Assembly (NCBI GenBank): GCA_028534125.1
Contig: CM052816.1
Coordinates: forward strand, 35,156,001-35,220,000
Origin: Lama glama
Lineage: Eukaryota
Direction of reading: 5' to 3'
Length of the DNA stretch: 64,000 nucleotides
Position numbers and translations under genes: made by a program. Under the pieces are notes generated by a model. That model had not been told where the DNA came from, did not search any database, and worked only from the letters and a program-made list of their open reading frames with translations. Shown here piece by piece: positions 1 through 12,919 of the stretch. The number at the start of each line of letters is the position of its first letter. Within the stretch, counting starts at the first letter, position 1.

Positions 1-129
1 TCCCTTACACCTCTGCTGCCAATTTCAACCCTCTCCTCAAACGTGTAACCCCTGTTACATACACATCAACATCAGTCCTAGTTTGAGTATATAAAATTTC
101 TTTATCACATAAAGGCAAATTCAGACATA

Positions 130-810
130 CAGTCTTACACTCTCATACCTTCCCTATAAAGACAACATAACATAAACTCTGTTTCATAGCTTAGTTCCTT
201 TTACTAACAATGTATCTTGGAACTTGCCAATCGGTATATAGAAAGCTTTCTCATTCACAGTATTCCATTGGCTGGGTTACCATAATTGATTTAACTAGAC
301 TTCTAGTAATGACCACTTTATTTCCAATCTCTTGATACTACAAACAATGCTGAAGTGAATAACCTTGCACTAATATTGTTTCATTTAGACACAAATATAA
401 CTAAAGGATAAATTATAGAAGCATTATTGCTAAGTCAAAGGTACATACATTTTATAATTCTTCTAGATTCTGCCATATTATTTTCTACAGAGGATTTTCT
501 AATTTATACTTCCATTGCCAAATTACCTAATGGTTTTTTTCTGCACATCTTTGCCAAAGAAGTGAATTATTCAGCTGTGAGTTTATGACTATTTAACAGG
601 TGAAAAAAATGATATCTCAGTATAGTTTTAATTTTCAATTATTCTAGTAAGTGAGGTAATCACCTGTCATATCTTTAAAAAGTCATTTGTATTTTTAATT
701 TTTAAACTGTCCACCCATGTCCATTGTCAATTTTCCTATTTGACTGTCTTTTATTAATTTCTAGATGTTCTTTATATATTAAAGAGATTAACCCTTTGCA
801 GCATGTTTCT
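130..810 (-). mobile_element. Old L1 (L1M-type) fragment, ORF2 end/3' region
   Basis: Degenerate antisense L1 phrases, e.g. tttccaatct..tactacaaacaatgctg..gaataacc, tatctcagtatagttttaattt, tctttatatatt. Confidence 0.7.
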
Positions 811-939
811 TGATTAGATTAGTAAATATTTTAAATTGGTGTTGATTTCTTAAAAAGCAGTTATTATATGTGTGTATATATATATATATTTGTTTTCCCT
901 TTTTCTAATTCATTCCTTTATGATTGTATCTTTGTTAAT

Positions 940-1110
940 TCCTTTCTTTTGCTTTCCTTTTGTGTAATTGTGGGTTTGGTTGTTTTTTTCTAATTTTTTG
1001 AATTGTACACTTAATTCATTTATTTTATTCTTTTTGTTTTATTTATGTAAGTATTTAAGGCTCTGAATTTTTCTCTAAGTGCAGCTTTGGCTGCATCTCT
1101 TAAGCTATAT
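940..1110 (-). mobile_element. L1 ORF2 fragment (region just after the endonuclease domain)
   Basis: ORF 1020..1256 ends in LRDAAKAALREKFRALNTYI, resembling L1 ORF2 LWDAAKAVLRGKFIALNAYI. Confidence 0.75.
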
Positions 1111-3247
1111 GTAAAAATTTTTTCTCCCCACCCCATCCTACATTCATTGATGCAAGCAAGGAATATAGCCAAAAACTTCAGGGTGAACTCCTCCCTTTCA
1201 ACAGGCATTTTTTCAGGAGCTTGGTAGGATCCACAGCAACGTGGCTCTTTGATCACTTCTTAACTTTGTATTACACAACTTCTGCCAGTATAAAGTGCTT
1301 TTAATTACCTCAACATGTATTTTGAGGTCTGTGAATTATATATAGCTCTTAGTTTTATAAAAATGCAGTTCATAGATTTTTTATTTTTGCTGTTATTGTT
1401 CTTTTTGTTATTGTTCTATGGTTTTGAATAAGGAACAGGGAAAAAATGTTAAATTATCAACCATGTTCACACCAGAAATCTCTTTATACATTTTCTTGCA
1501 CATTTCCACATGTTTCCCAGTTTGTGTACACAGGTTTCATAAATACTTTAAAATGATGGAATGATACACAACAGGCAATGTTTGTGCTATAAATACCAAA
1601 TCAGATAATTCAATCTGCATTTTAAAAAATTTCAGTAACTTATTCTTTTGGCCATTTAGGCCTCATCTGCCTAGCCCCATCTCTCTTCAAATATTTATAG
1701 GGTAGATAAGAATATGCAACTCATAACCAAAAACCTTGACTCTTCAAACTAAAAATATTATGACATTTAAGAAAGTCTGAGGTAGACTTATGCATGAAAT
1801 ACCTTTGAAAGATCACATAACAAATATTGGTCTCCAAAGTCTATCAATTTTTTGAATCCAACATTGCTCTTTTTCATAATATCTGCTGGTAAATTTTGAG
1901 ATAAAAAACTGAGTCAGTCTATGTTATATGCTCTATGACTTTTTTTATTTTATTAAATGGAAGAACCATAAAATCCAAGTATAATTTGACTTCACCAAAC
2001 TATGCTAAGTGAAAGCTAAACATTCAAATATTATCTGTATTTCCCTTAGCACAACATGCTATTTATTTCTTGCTAGATATTTCTCCTCCAAATTTATTAG
2101 GAGGCCTTCTTTGATTACAATGTTTTTTAAAAAAGGCAGCTCTCCCCTAAACAAATACACACACACACACACACCACCTAAACCCTGCCTTCATCATCAC
2201 AATCAGGTCATTGTCTCCTAAACCTGCTTCACTTTCACAGCATTTATTACACTCTGACATAATACAGAGCACTAACAAGCACAGGCTCAGTGCCAAGTAA
2301 GTATCTGCTAAGTGAATAAATGTATTTTTTAATTTTCTCTTTATTAAAATTTTAAATGATTTTAATAATTTAATGAAATAATTAAGGAATTAAGGAACAT
2401 GGATGTAGATTTAAGGAACAGGAAGTCTCTTTAATTCTATAAAGTGTTAAATCAAAAAACACCTCAACATAACAAAAATTGTATCGTAAGCCTCTATTAA
2501 AGGAAAATCATTAAACGGTAGTATTAGAAGCAGCAGCTACATTATTTAAGTTTAAGGTAAAGTAAGAGTCTTTAAGTGGTCTGAAGCTAAACAAACAAAC
2601 AAAAAGTGAATGAAGTACCTAAATTAAAAGTACAGCTTTCCCCTCTTATAAACTGTTCTTTGCATGAGTCTGATCAAGAATGCTACGGCCAGGAGCCTGT
2701 CTCCTCATGACAAGTTACTGTCAGTCACAAAAAGATTTACTTTCATCTCAAAAATCTGCTTCTAATATTCTGGCATGCTATATCAAATTCTGATTAAAAA
2801 GCCACAATTACTTGATTTAAGCTGGTAGGCAAGTCATTTGTCTAAGTTTCAACTTAACAGTTCACTGCCTAACTTGCCTGAATTTAATCCTAAACTTTAA
2901 CTTTCATTCAGAAAGAAAATGTTTTTAAAACAGCTAAATTTGAAGAAATATTAAACTAACAAGACAAACTTTCAAGGCACATTTAAATGTTAAAGTTGAA
3001 CTAGATGTCTTTCTTACCTATCTTACAAAGTCCTATATTTTACCTCAAATCCCAGCTCTGCCACCCAATGTTACTGTTTAAAAATTTTCCTTTTATAGAA
3101 ACTTATTGTTTCTGCTATGTTAAAGACTTTTTCAGTTTGACATTTTATGGAATCAAAGATACTTCCTTTCCCCTAAACCCACATTTATGTTCCTTAAAAT
3201 ACACATTTTATTTTCTAAAGTCTCTAAAATCTGGACTCTATAATCCA

Positions 3248-3455
3248 GGCAGATAGTGGTTAAGAACATGGGCTCAAATCCCATCTCCACCTCTTAATAG
3301 TTGTGTTATCTTATGCAAGTTATTTACCATTTTAAGCTTCAGTTCCTCATTCATAACACTGTATGTGGTTAATAACAATACTTACTTCATAGGAATATCT
3401 AGCGTTAACACATATAAAAAGCTCATAAGTACCTGGATCCTAGCAATCGCTCAAT
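3248..3455 (+). mobile_element. MIR SINE
   Basis: agtggttaagaacatgggctc..aaatccc..tgtgttatcttatgcaagtt..cttcagttcctcat..aatacttacttcatagg: MIR core. Confidence 0.75.
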
Positions 3456-3770
3456 GAATTCAATTCTTCAACATTTACTGAACACCTACTATGGGCTAGT
3501 AGTGTTCTAGCTACTGGGAATATAGTTTCACTGATTGTTAAATGTAATTCTGGCCCTTATGGAATTTTTGTTTCTCTTAGGAAAGACAGACAAATAAAAA
3601 TGTATCACATAATATCAGGTAAACATAACCATGACAAAGATAAAGCAAGGAGAAGAGAGGAACATAAGGGGTGAGGTGCTGTTTCACACATGGTAGTCAG
3701 AAAAGGCCTCTCTGATGAAGTGACATTTGAATAGAGACTGAACTCAGTAAAGAACAGGCCCTGTGCATCC
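3456..3770 (-). mobile_element. L2 3' fragment
   Basis: caacatttactgaacacctactatg..ggcctctctgatgaagtgacatttga: antisense L2 3' end. Confidence 0.7.
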
Positions 3771-5009
3771 CAATGTCTTTGGTAATGTAAGCAAGATGAT
3801 CATGAGGGATCAATTACCCATTTACAACATGCCTTTCATCTCCCATATCTTTACACAGGCTTTGGGAAGTAGTGTAGGAGAAATCAGCCAGTGGAGGGTC
3901 AGGCACCTGCTAGCTTTATTATCATGAGAACATTAAATAATTTCTCTAATTTAGATTGTCTAGTTTCCTGTACACCTGGAGATAAAAAAGAGACTACTGT
4001 GGCCACCATGTCCTCTAGTTATGCGTGGATGTTATACTTTCATTTTTATGGGTTAGAAACAAATAAATGGAGAAAAGTAAGTTGCTATTAACAGAAATTA
4101 TACTGAGACCAAAATAGCATTCTTTACGTAGGTTAAAAATGAAGTTCAGCAAGGTGGAAATTAGATATTTAACAGCACATTATATGGTCAAAGATATTAA
4201 CTCCTGACACAAATTAAATAAAGAAACAGATACCAGTTATAAGCATACAAAAAACTTCCCAAAGGAAAATACGTAACAGATAATACCCCCATAATGAAAT
4301 CCATATCAATTTGTTCTCCAGTCATAATTGAAAATTACCTACTTTCACAACCTCTGCTTTGTGATTTTCTTTTGAAAAAGTGATATGATTCTTTAAATCA
4401 AGTGCATAACAATATTTAGTACAAACTGAGATAATGATTTGCATATTTCAAGTATCAGTACTTTAGATCAGGTTAATAGTCAGCTAGATAAACTTCAAAT
4501 TTCTACCTCATAAAACAATCATATGTAGCCCCTTAATTTTGTATAGCTTTCAGTTTACAGTTATTTTCATGGCTAGTGCTATAAAATGATAGGATAATCA
4601 GCTCCACAGCCAGTATTGGGGGTTTGGGAGAAAGAGAATAATTGGCTGTGTAACCGTCCAGAGAATCTACTCCATTTATCAAGGCTTGTTTCATGGAAAA
4701 TTTTATACTGTGAGGAATACTGCTTTATTTGCAATTATATACTCCTATACAAGCCCACAAGAGCATTTTTATGTGTCTCTTTTATGGCTTTGATCTCTCA
4801 ATTTAGACCTGGTTAAGCAAGGAGACAATGCAAATATTTAGTTAGCCTGTGAAATGAGATATCAGCATCTCTGAAAACCACATTCTATATCTCATTAACT
4901 TAACATGGTAAAAAGTATCTTCACTGTAGTGAATTTTATTTCATACTAGATTATACTGAAATTGAGTTCACACTTCCACATGTACTATTAAGTATACAAA
5001 ACTCCTGTC

Positions 5010-5270
5010 ACTTAAAGTGCTGTAGGGAGGGCAGTGGTGAAGAGATGTCCAAGATAGCCCTAGGTTTATGGTTTGAGCAGTTGGGTATATGGTGGCACCA
5101 TTTACTAAAATAGGACAAATTTTGTGGTTAAAAATAATAAACTCAGTTTTAGGTGAAAAGAAAATGTTTAGAATTGAGAAAGATATAAAACTGAGCTAGA
5201 AATATAATTTGCTAGTCACTGACACATTAATAGTAAATGAAGCCATGAAAATAGATGAGCTGAACTAAAG
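5010..5270 (-). mobile_element. L2 fragment
   Basis: ggtttgagcagttgggtatatggtggcaccatttactaaaatagga..tagtaaatgaagccatg. Confidence 0.6.
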
Positions 5271-6513
5271 AAAAGGGCTCTTAGAATTCTGCAAAACAAT
5301 AGAAATTATTACTCACTGATGAAAGAGAAAACATTGATACTCTTTTTTTTTTTTACTAAAGAAAAAATATAACAGCTTGTTCTAGATTAAAGGAGAAATT
5401 TTATAGGGTTTTCTGCAATTAAAATGAAAAAAGGGGAAATGGAAAAATGCTAACAAAGAATGAGCTGATCTCATAATTCTAGAAAATAATGCAAGGAGGC
5501 CAATTCGTTAGCCTCAGAATTTAGTGTTTAGCAACTGACTGTTAAAATCTTCTGTGAGAAGAACGTTAAAGTTCAGCCCCTCAATAAAGACTGAATAATA
5601 TAGGTACCAGTACTGACATTATGTTCTAGACTTACAAAGGGAAATATAGTAATTGTTTTTTAAATTAGCTCAGCTAATTTAGATTATATACTAGCATTCT
5701 TGGGAATAACAATTGCTTCATATTAAAAGTCATTCCTAGATATGAAAAACTCAAATCACCAAGTATTAACCTACCAGGTTTGATGACTTTCCTATCACTG
5801 TACTATTCTTATTAGAGGGCTCCCAAAGGAAAGGACTCATACTGACCCCAGCCTACTTCCTGGAATATTCAAAGTGCTTAGAAACTAAGCCAGCTGTAGT
5901 GTATCTCTGAGTCCAGGTCTCACAATTTTTACCTTAAAAACACAAACCTTCCTCATATCCATTCCCTACCTCACAAATCTCTTTAAAACCACATGAAAGC
6001 AATCTGTTCTATGATAGATGTGAGAGGTAAAAATGACCTAGAACAATCTCTCACCCAGCTACCTGGCTCTACACAGGGAAGTTACGATTTACTGCCTTTG
6101 AGGAGAACGGGATGGTTTTTAGAAGTTCCAGCGTCTTAAAATAAATATTAAACTTGACACTTCAAATTAAAATTCTAATTTACGCATGAGTGCTGGACAT
6201 TTTCTCTGAGTTCTACATCTCAGAATTTTTTATAAACTGAATCTTTCAAAGTCTGAACCTTATAGTGTGAAAGAAAGCTTCAAATATTCCAAGAAAACAT
6301 GGGAAGGAAAACAAAACAAAAAAAAACAGGCTATCTGTAACCTAGCAAGCACTGAATAAAGGCAACACATCTCCAATCTTAATAAAACCAAGGAAATTCT
6401 ATGCTTCAACCATATTACTAGTAATGGTAATCACAATGCCCTTTTGTTTCCAAACTCTATAAATAATTTAAGAACTTTATTTACTGTGGAAATAACTTAT
6501 AAAGCAGTCTTTA

Positions 6514-6717
<204 letters not shown>

Positions 6718-8394
6718 TCAGCAACACTACAGTCATCAATAAATTAAGTTCCATTTAAGAAAAATGATAATTGTACAATAATATGAAGCTACTCAACACT
6801 ACCGAACTATACACTTAAAAATGGTTAAGATGGTAAAAATGAAAATAGATAAATTCCAGGGTGCTAAAAAATTTACCTTTGCATCAAGAAATTGATTTTT
6901 ATAATGACTGAATATAATTCTAATTGTTAAAAAGGAAGAAAAAGAAAGACTTAAAAACAGACCTGGAATGCATTTTGCTAAAATGATAACCAAAGGAAAT
7001 AAAGCAAGGATACATTTAAGTTAAAGAACAAGAAATATGTGTATATATGTTTGCATATATGTTTCATTTGATAAAATTTTCAAAATCAAAAATCATGTCA
7101 AAAGTTTGAGGAATTATGTCCAATGTAATAATATATTTTAACAATACCTCTGATGATCATTTATTTCCTTTTTATCAACATAGTATTAATTGATTTTTCT
7201 ATACTAGGGTTATTCACATACTATTCTTTCACCAAAACCACTCAGTCATTCACACACCTTTGATAAACAAATAAAATGCAGCAACAACAAAACTGCACAT
7301 ATCAGCATGGTCAAAACTTAGCACTTCTTGATCTCATAAAGTTTCAGGTGAGTCATATTTTCCCAAACTCTGCCAAGAACCCTTATCTTTGTCTTCATAT
7401 TTCATATAGGCATGCAGGTTGGCGGTTATCATATGGATAAATAGATGGCAATAAATTTATCAAGGAAAAAACATCTTATTGGGCAAATTTTTCAATGCAA
7501 CAGGCATTATAATACAGTGTTCTGTAATAACGGCTTCCATCTGATTGGTCACAAAGAATGCATCTGTACATATACTGGTGATGTGTACAGACACTGATAC
7601 GTGTTTGAGCCATTTTAAGAAAACTCTTAAGAAATAAAAATTTCAAAACTCTCAAAATTTGGATATTATTTACATTACTGGAAAATCATCTTCCCAGTTA
7701 AAAGATAAAACACTCAAAGCTCCTTTTCTACAGTATAAAACTAGATTCAACTTACCAGAATTCAATTTATATACAACCTCTTAAATGAGTATTTCTGTTT
7801 CATCAAGTGAGGGACAAACATGCATTAGTTTACTTTAACACTTAACTACATAGTTCAACTTAGGCAGTTTGTGTTAGGGTCAATTCAAGGCAGTCATTAA
7901 TAAATTGATTAAGGAATTTTTGCACATAAGAGGCAGACCTACTATGATATGTTAGCAAAGAGGCTTAAGAATAATTCACACTGATGACAGTACTGTATTT
8001 CTAGATGTGCAAGGCACTGAGCAAGTCCTCTCAATGTCTCAGTTTATCCACTGAAACAGAAATAATATCTGGACCTCCGCACAGAGTGTGAGGCTTGAGT
8101 AACTATTAGCATGCAAACCACTGCATAGTATATGGCACATGCTACACACTCAATTACGTATCATTATACAAATAATAAACCTTGGATTACAAAAATAATT
8201 CCAAATCTGAATATATGATAAAAAAACATTTTCAAAGAACACTTCAAAACTGTAAATTATATTTTCTCAAGGAATAATGATTATCTGTAAATAATCAAAT
8301 ATCCTAGAAAGCATTCTTATATGAAATTAAGAAATGAAGAAATATAAAAAGTTACAGAGGTATAAATGTAATAATAACAATAAGAATATTTCAG

Positions 8395-8605
8395 TCAAAT
8401 ATATGGTACTATATACTTAAAGTTCCTGAGAGTAGATCTTAAGCAGTCTCACCAGAAAGAAGAAAAAAAAATGTTAACTACGTGACGTGATGTGTTAATT
8501 ATCTTGATCTTGGAAACCATTCTACAATGTATATCAAATTATCATGTTGTACACTTTACATTTTAGATTACACAATTATAGTTGTTATTTATTCCTCAAT
8601 AAAGT
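8395..8605 (+). mobile_element. L1MA-type 3' UTR terminal fragment
   Basis: gagagtagatcttaag..gttaattatcttgat..catgttgtacacttta..cctcaataaag. Confidence 0.7.
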
Positions 8606-8607
8606 TT

Positions 8608-8644
8608 ATATATATATATATATACATAGAGAGAGAGAGAGAGA
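8608..8644. repeat. Compound (TA)n(GA)n microsatellite
   Basis: tatatatatatatatatacatagagagagagagagaga at the tail of the L1 fragment. Confidence 0.9.
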
Positions 8645-9143
8645 AAGTTTCTCTCTTTGTCTTCCTTCAGTCTACTCTCAACACAGAGCCAGGAGATCCT
8701 GTTATAACAGACCATTCCACTACTGTGCTCAAAATGCTCATCTCTATCAGAATAAAAGCCAAAGTCTTTACTATGGTCTGTAAGGCTCTCTACTCTGTCC
8801 TCTAACCTATTTTCCACCTTACCTCTTACCAAATCCCCCACCCCACCTGCTTTCCCCTTCAGCCACACATTTCCCTCTTGTTTTATAAACACACCACACA
8901 TTCCTTCCTTAGGGAGTTTACATTTGCTGCTTGAAATAGTTCTTCAAATGACCATTTGGGTAATGGCTTCCTTACTTCCTTTCAGTCTTTCATCAAATGT
9001 CACTTATTCAGTGACATCTACTCTGGCCATTATACATAATATTTAATATCCATTTTCTCATGCCAACTAAATTTTTTACTGCCTTTTCCTTACTGAATTT
9101 TTCTTCTTAGAACTGATCACTATTTAACATCATATATATTTTA

Positions 9144-10934
9144 ATTGATCAAAGACTTAAACATAAGACAAGACACAATAAACCTCCTAGAGGAAAACAT
9201 AGGGAAAACATTATCTGACATACATTTCAAAAATTTTCTCCTAGAAGAAATAAAAGCAAGAATAAACAAATGGGACCTAATGAAGCTTACAAGCTTCTGC
9301 ACAGCAAAGGAAACCATATGTAAAACAAAAAGACAACCTACGGAATGGGAGAAAAATTTTGCAAAATGAAACCGACAAAGGCTTGATCTCCAGAATATAT
9401 AAGCAGCTCATATGACTCAATAAGAAAAAAATAAACAACCCAATCCAAAAATGGGCAGAAGACCTAAACAAGCAATTCTCCAAGGAAGACATACAAATGA
9501 TCAAAAAGCACATGAAAAAATGCTCAATATCACTAATTATCAGAGAAATGCAAATCAAAACTACAATGAGGTATATCACCTCACACCAGTCAGAATGGCC
9601 GTCATTCAAAAATCCACAAATGACAGATGCTGGAGAGGCTGTGGAGAAAGGGGAACCCTCCTACACTGCTGGTGGGAATGCAGTTTGGTGCAGCCACTAT
9701 GGAAAACAGTGTGGAGATTCCTCAAAAGACTAGGAATAGACTTACCATATGACCCAGGAATCCCACTCCTGGGCTTGTATCCAGAAGGAACCCTACTTCA
9801 GGATGACACCTACACCCCAATGTTCATAGCAGCACTATTTACAATAGCCAAGACNNNNNNNNNNNNNNNNNNNNNNNNNNNNNNNNNNNNNNNNNNNNNN
9901 NNNNNNNNNNNNNNNNNNNNNNNNNNNNNNNNNNNNNNNNNNNNNNNNNNNNNNNNNNNNNNNNNNNNNNNNNNNNNNNNNNNNNNNNNNNNNNNNNNNN
10001 NNNNNNNNNNNNNNNNNNNNNNNNNNNNNNNNNNNNNNNNNNNNNNNNNNNNNNNNNNNNNNNNNNNNNNNNNNNNNNNNNNNNNNNNNNNNNNNNNNNN
10101 NNNNNNNNNNNNNNNNNNNNNNNNNNNNNNNNNNNNNNNNNNNNNNNNNNNNNNNNNNNNNNNNNNNNNNNNNNNNNNNNNNNNNNNNNNNNNNNNNNNN
10201 NNNNNNNNNNNNNNNNNNNNNNNNNNNNNNNNNNNNNNNNNNNNNNNNNNNNNNNNNNNNNNNNNNNNNNNNNNNNNNNNNNNNNNNNNNNNNNNNNNNN
10301 NNNNNNNNNNNNNNNNNNNNNNNNNNNNNNNNNNNNNNNNNNNNNNNNNNNNNNAATGTTCATAGCAGCACTATTTACAATAGCCAAGACATGGAAACAG
10401 CCTAAATGTCCATCAACAGGTGACTGGATAAATAAGAGGTGGTATATTTATACAATGGAATACTACTCAGCCATAAAAACCAACAACATAACGGCATTTG
10501 CAGCAACATGGATGCTCCTGGAGAATGTCATTCTAAGTGAAGTAAGCCAGAAAGAGAAAGAAAAATATCATATGAGATCGCTCATATGTGGAATTTAAAA
10601 AACAAAAACAAAAACAAAAAAAAAGTAAATACAAAACAGAAATAGACTCATAGGCATAGAATACAAACTTGTGGTTGCCAAGGGGGCAGAGAGTGGGAAG
10701 GGATAGACTGGGATTTCAAAATTGTAGAATAGATAAACAAGATTATACTGTATAGCACAGGGAAATATACACAAATTCTTATGGTAGCTCACAGAGAAAA
10801 AAATGTGACAATGAATATATATGTTCATGTATAACTGAAAAATTGTGCTGAACACTGGAATTTGACATAACATTGTAAAATTATTATAAATCAATAAAAA
10901 AGTTAAAGAAAAAACAAAAACAAAGCAAATATAT
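9144..10934 (+). mobile_element. Young lineage-specific 5'-truncated L1 (ORF2 C-terminus, 3' UTR, poly-A), non-functional, interrupted by N gap
   Basis: ORF2 peptides [66 protein letters not shown] at 10893-10898, A-rich tail, and TSD ATATATATTTTA at 9132-9143 and 10935-10946. Confidence 0.95.
9855..10354. other. Assembly gap, exactly 500 N
   Basis: N run, flanked on both sides by the same 36-mer (9819-9854 = 10355-10390). Confidence 0.99.
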
Positions 10935-11639
10935 ATATATATTTTACTTATTTATCTTTTTTATTGCCTGTCTCCTCTTCTAGAATGTCAGCTCACAAGG
11001 TGATAAATTTTTACATTTGTTTTGTTCATCAGAGTATCCCCATGGTAAAAAACAGTGCCTGGCATATATTGTGGATAAATTCATGTGAATCAATGAAATG
11101 CAGGGCATATAAAATGACTGTAAAGTTCAAGGGACAAGTAGGACAACTCAACATAGAAATGAATACTGGAAAGTTCACACACTCAAGAAACCTCCAGCAC
11201 AGTGTTTAATAAAAAGTAAGCAATGAGATGGAGTTCACACAGAATGAAATTTCACATCAGCCTCTAGTGTCATAATGTCTTACATAAATTTCTAATATAC
11301 TTCCTACAACTAGACAAATAGTGAATAAAATAATGGGGAATTTTCAGCATCCCTTTCTTAATTTAGAAACATATCTAATTTTGAATCTAAAGATAGTTTT
11401 CTGTCATTGACACAGTAATCACGATCGACTAATACAGTGAGTGGTACAAGCAGCAGTATTTCCTTCCTGGACCAAAAAAAGGAACTGATTCCAAGCAATT
11501 ATATTTTTTTAAGTCATGTGCAAAACCAATTAACTCACTTTCTTAAAGATGAAGATAAAGTATTGAATCTAAAAATGATGCTGAGACTGGTTTGCTTATA
11601 AAGTTCATATAAGCAACTAAAAAGTCAAGAATAGTACAT

Positions 11640-11909
11640 ATATGGAACCCTCACGCACTATTGGTGAAGATGTAAATTGCTACAGCCACTATGGAAGACA
11701 GTATGGAATTTCCTCAAAAAATTAAAAACAGAATGACCATATGATCTGACCATTTCACTTTTCGGTATTATTCTGAAGGAAACAAAAACACTAATTAGAA
11801 AAGATATAGGCACCCCTGTGTTTAATGCAGCATTATTTACAAAAGCCAAGATACGGAAGCAACTTAGGAGTCCATCAATAGGGGAATGGATAAAGAAGAT
11901 ATGTGTGTG

Positions 11910-11961
<52 letters not shown>

Positions 11962-12396
11962 AATATTACTCAGCCATAAAAAGAGAATGAAATCTTGCCA
12001 TTTATGACAATGCAGATGGACCTATAGAGTATTATGTTAAGTGAAATAAGTCACAGCAAGACAAATACCATATGAGGAATCTAAAAAACAAAACAAAAAA
12101 CATAACAAAATAGAAACAGACTTACAGATACAGAGAACAAGCTGGTGGCCGACGGGGGGGGGGGGGGGAGAAATAGGTAACAGAGATTAAGAGGTATGAA
12201 TTTCTAGTCATAAAATAAATGTCACAAGGATGTAATATACAGCATAGGGAATATAGTCAATAAAACTGTAATAACTTTGTATGGTAACTAGATGTATTGC
12301 GATGATCATTTTGCAGTGTATAAAAATATCTAATCACCCTGATGTACATCTGAAACAAATATAATATTGTAAGTCAATTATACTTCAATTAAAAAA
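11640..12396 (+). mobile_element. 5'-truncated L1 (ORF2 end plus 3' UTR) with internal (AC)23 and G15
   Basis: ggaaccctc..cagccactatggaagacagtatgg..tacttcaattaaaaaa. TSD CAAGAATAGTACAT (11626-11639) / CAAGAATATTACAT (12397-12410), 1 mismatch. Confidence 0.9.
11913..11958. repeat. (AC)23 perfect microsatellite
   Basis: Uninterrupted AC run, preceded by a short (TG) run. Confidence 0.97.
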
Positions 12397-12782
12397 CAAG
12401 AATATTACATTCACCAAGGCTATTGAGGACTTGTTTCTTGATACACTCAAAATTCTGAATATTATATTTGACCTTGTACAAATCTGTGTAAATTTCTTAT
12501 AGTTCAGATGACCTGAGGTTGGATTCATATATACATGGATTCTTTTTTAAGTTCTTCTACATGGCTTTAACAATAATATGACAGAGAGAATTCAGGTTAA
12601 CTTTTAAATATGAGACTTCTCTTTGGAGCTACTAATGATCTCTTAGGTTAATTCCAAAGAAGCAATAAAAAATAATAGCATAGAATACATTTCTACAAAT
12701 TCCTATAAAGATCATTTGTTGATTGTCATTTGCATTACATGTTAAATATCATGCAATATGTCATTAAAAAATAAGGAGCAAA

Positions 12783-12919
12783 GGGGGAGGGTATAGCTCA
12801 GTGGTAAAGGGCATTCTCAGCATGCCTGAGGTTCTGGGTTCAATTCCCAGTACCTCCATTAAAATACATATATAAATCTAATTACCTCCCCCTGAAAAAA
12901 AAGTGAAAAAGAAAAAAAG
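12783..12919 (+). mobile_element. tRNA-Ala-derived SINE (vic-1-type, camelid)
   Basis: gggggagggtatagctcagtggta (A box)..gggttcaattcccagtacctcc (B box), then ctaattacctccccc and an A-rich tail. One of four related copies in the window. Confidence 0.9.

Larger units (their letters stand above)
8690..11100 (+). mobile_element. L2a 3' portion, split in two (about 8690-9143 and 10935-11100) by a young L1 insertion
   Basis: cagaataaaagccaaagtctttactatgg... continues after the L1 as tttacttatt..tagaatgtcagctc..aacagtgcctggcatata..aatgaatg-like end. Confidence 0.75.

Noticed and set aside
8477..8490. Exact 14-mer ACTACGTGACGTGA shared with 51696-51709
   Set aside because: Several 14-mer matches are expected by chance in 64 kb, this copy lies in an L1 3' UTR relic, and the flanks do not align.
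9451..10387. Longest ORFs in the track (304 aa and 182 aa)
   Set aside because: Length comes from reading through the N gap; the real parts are L1 ORF2 remnants.
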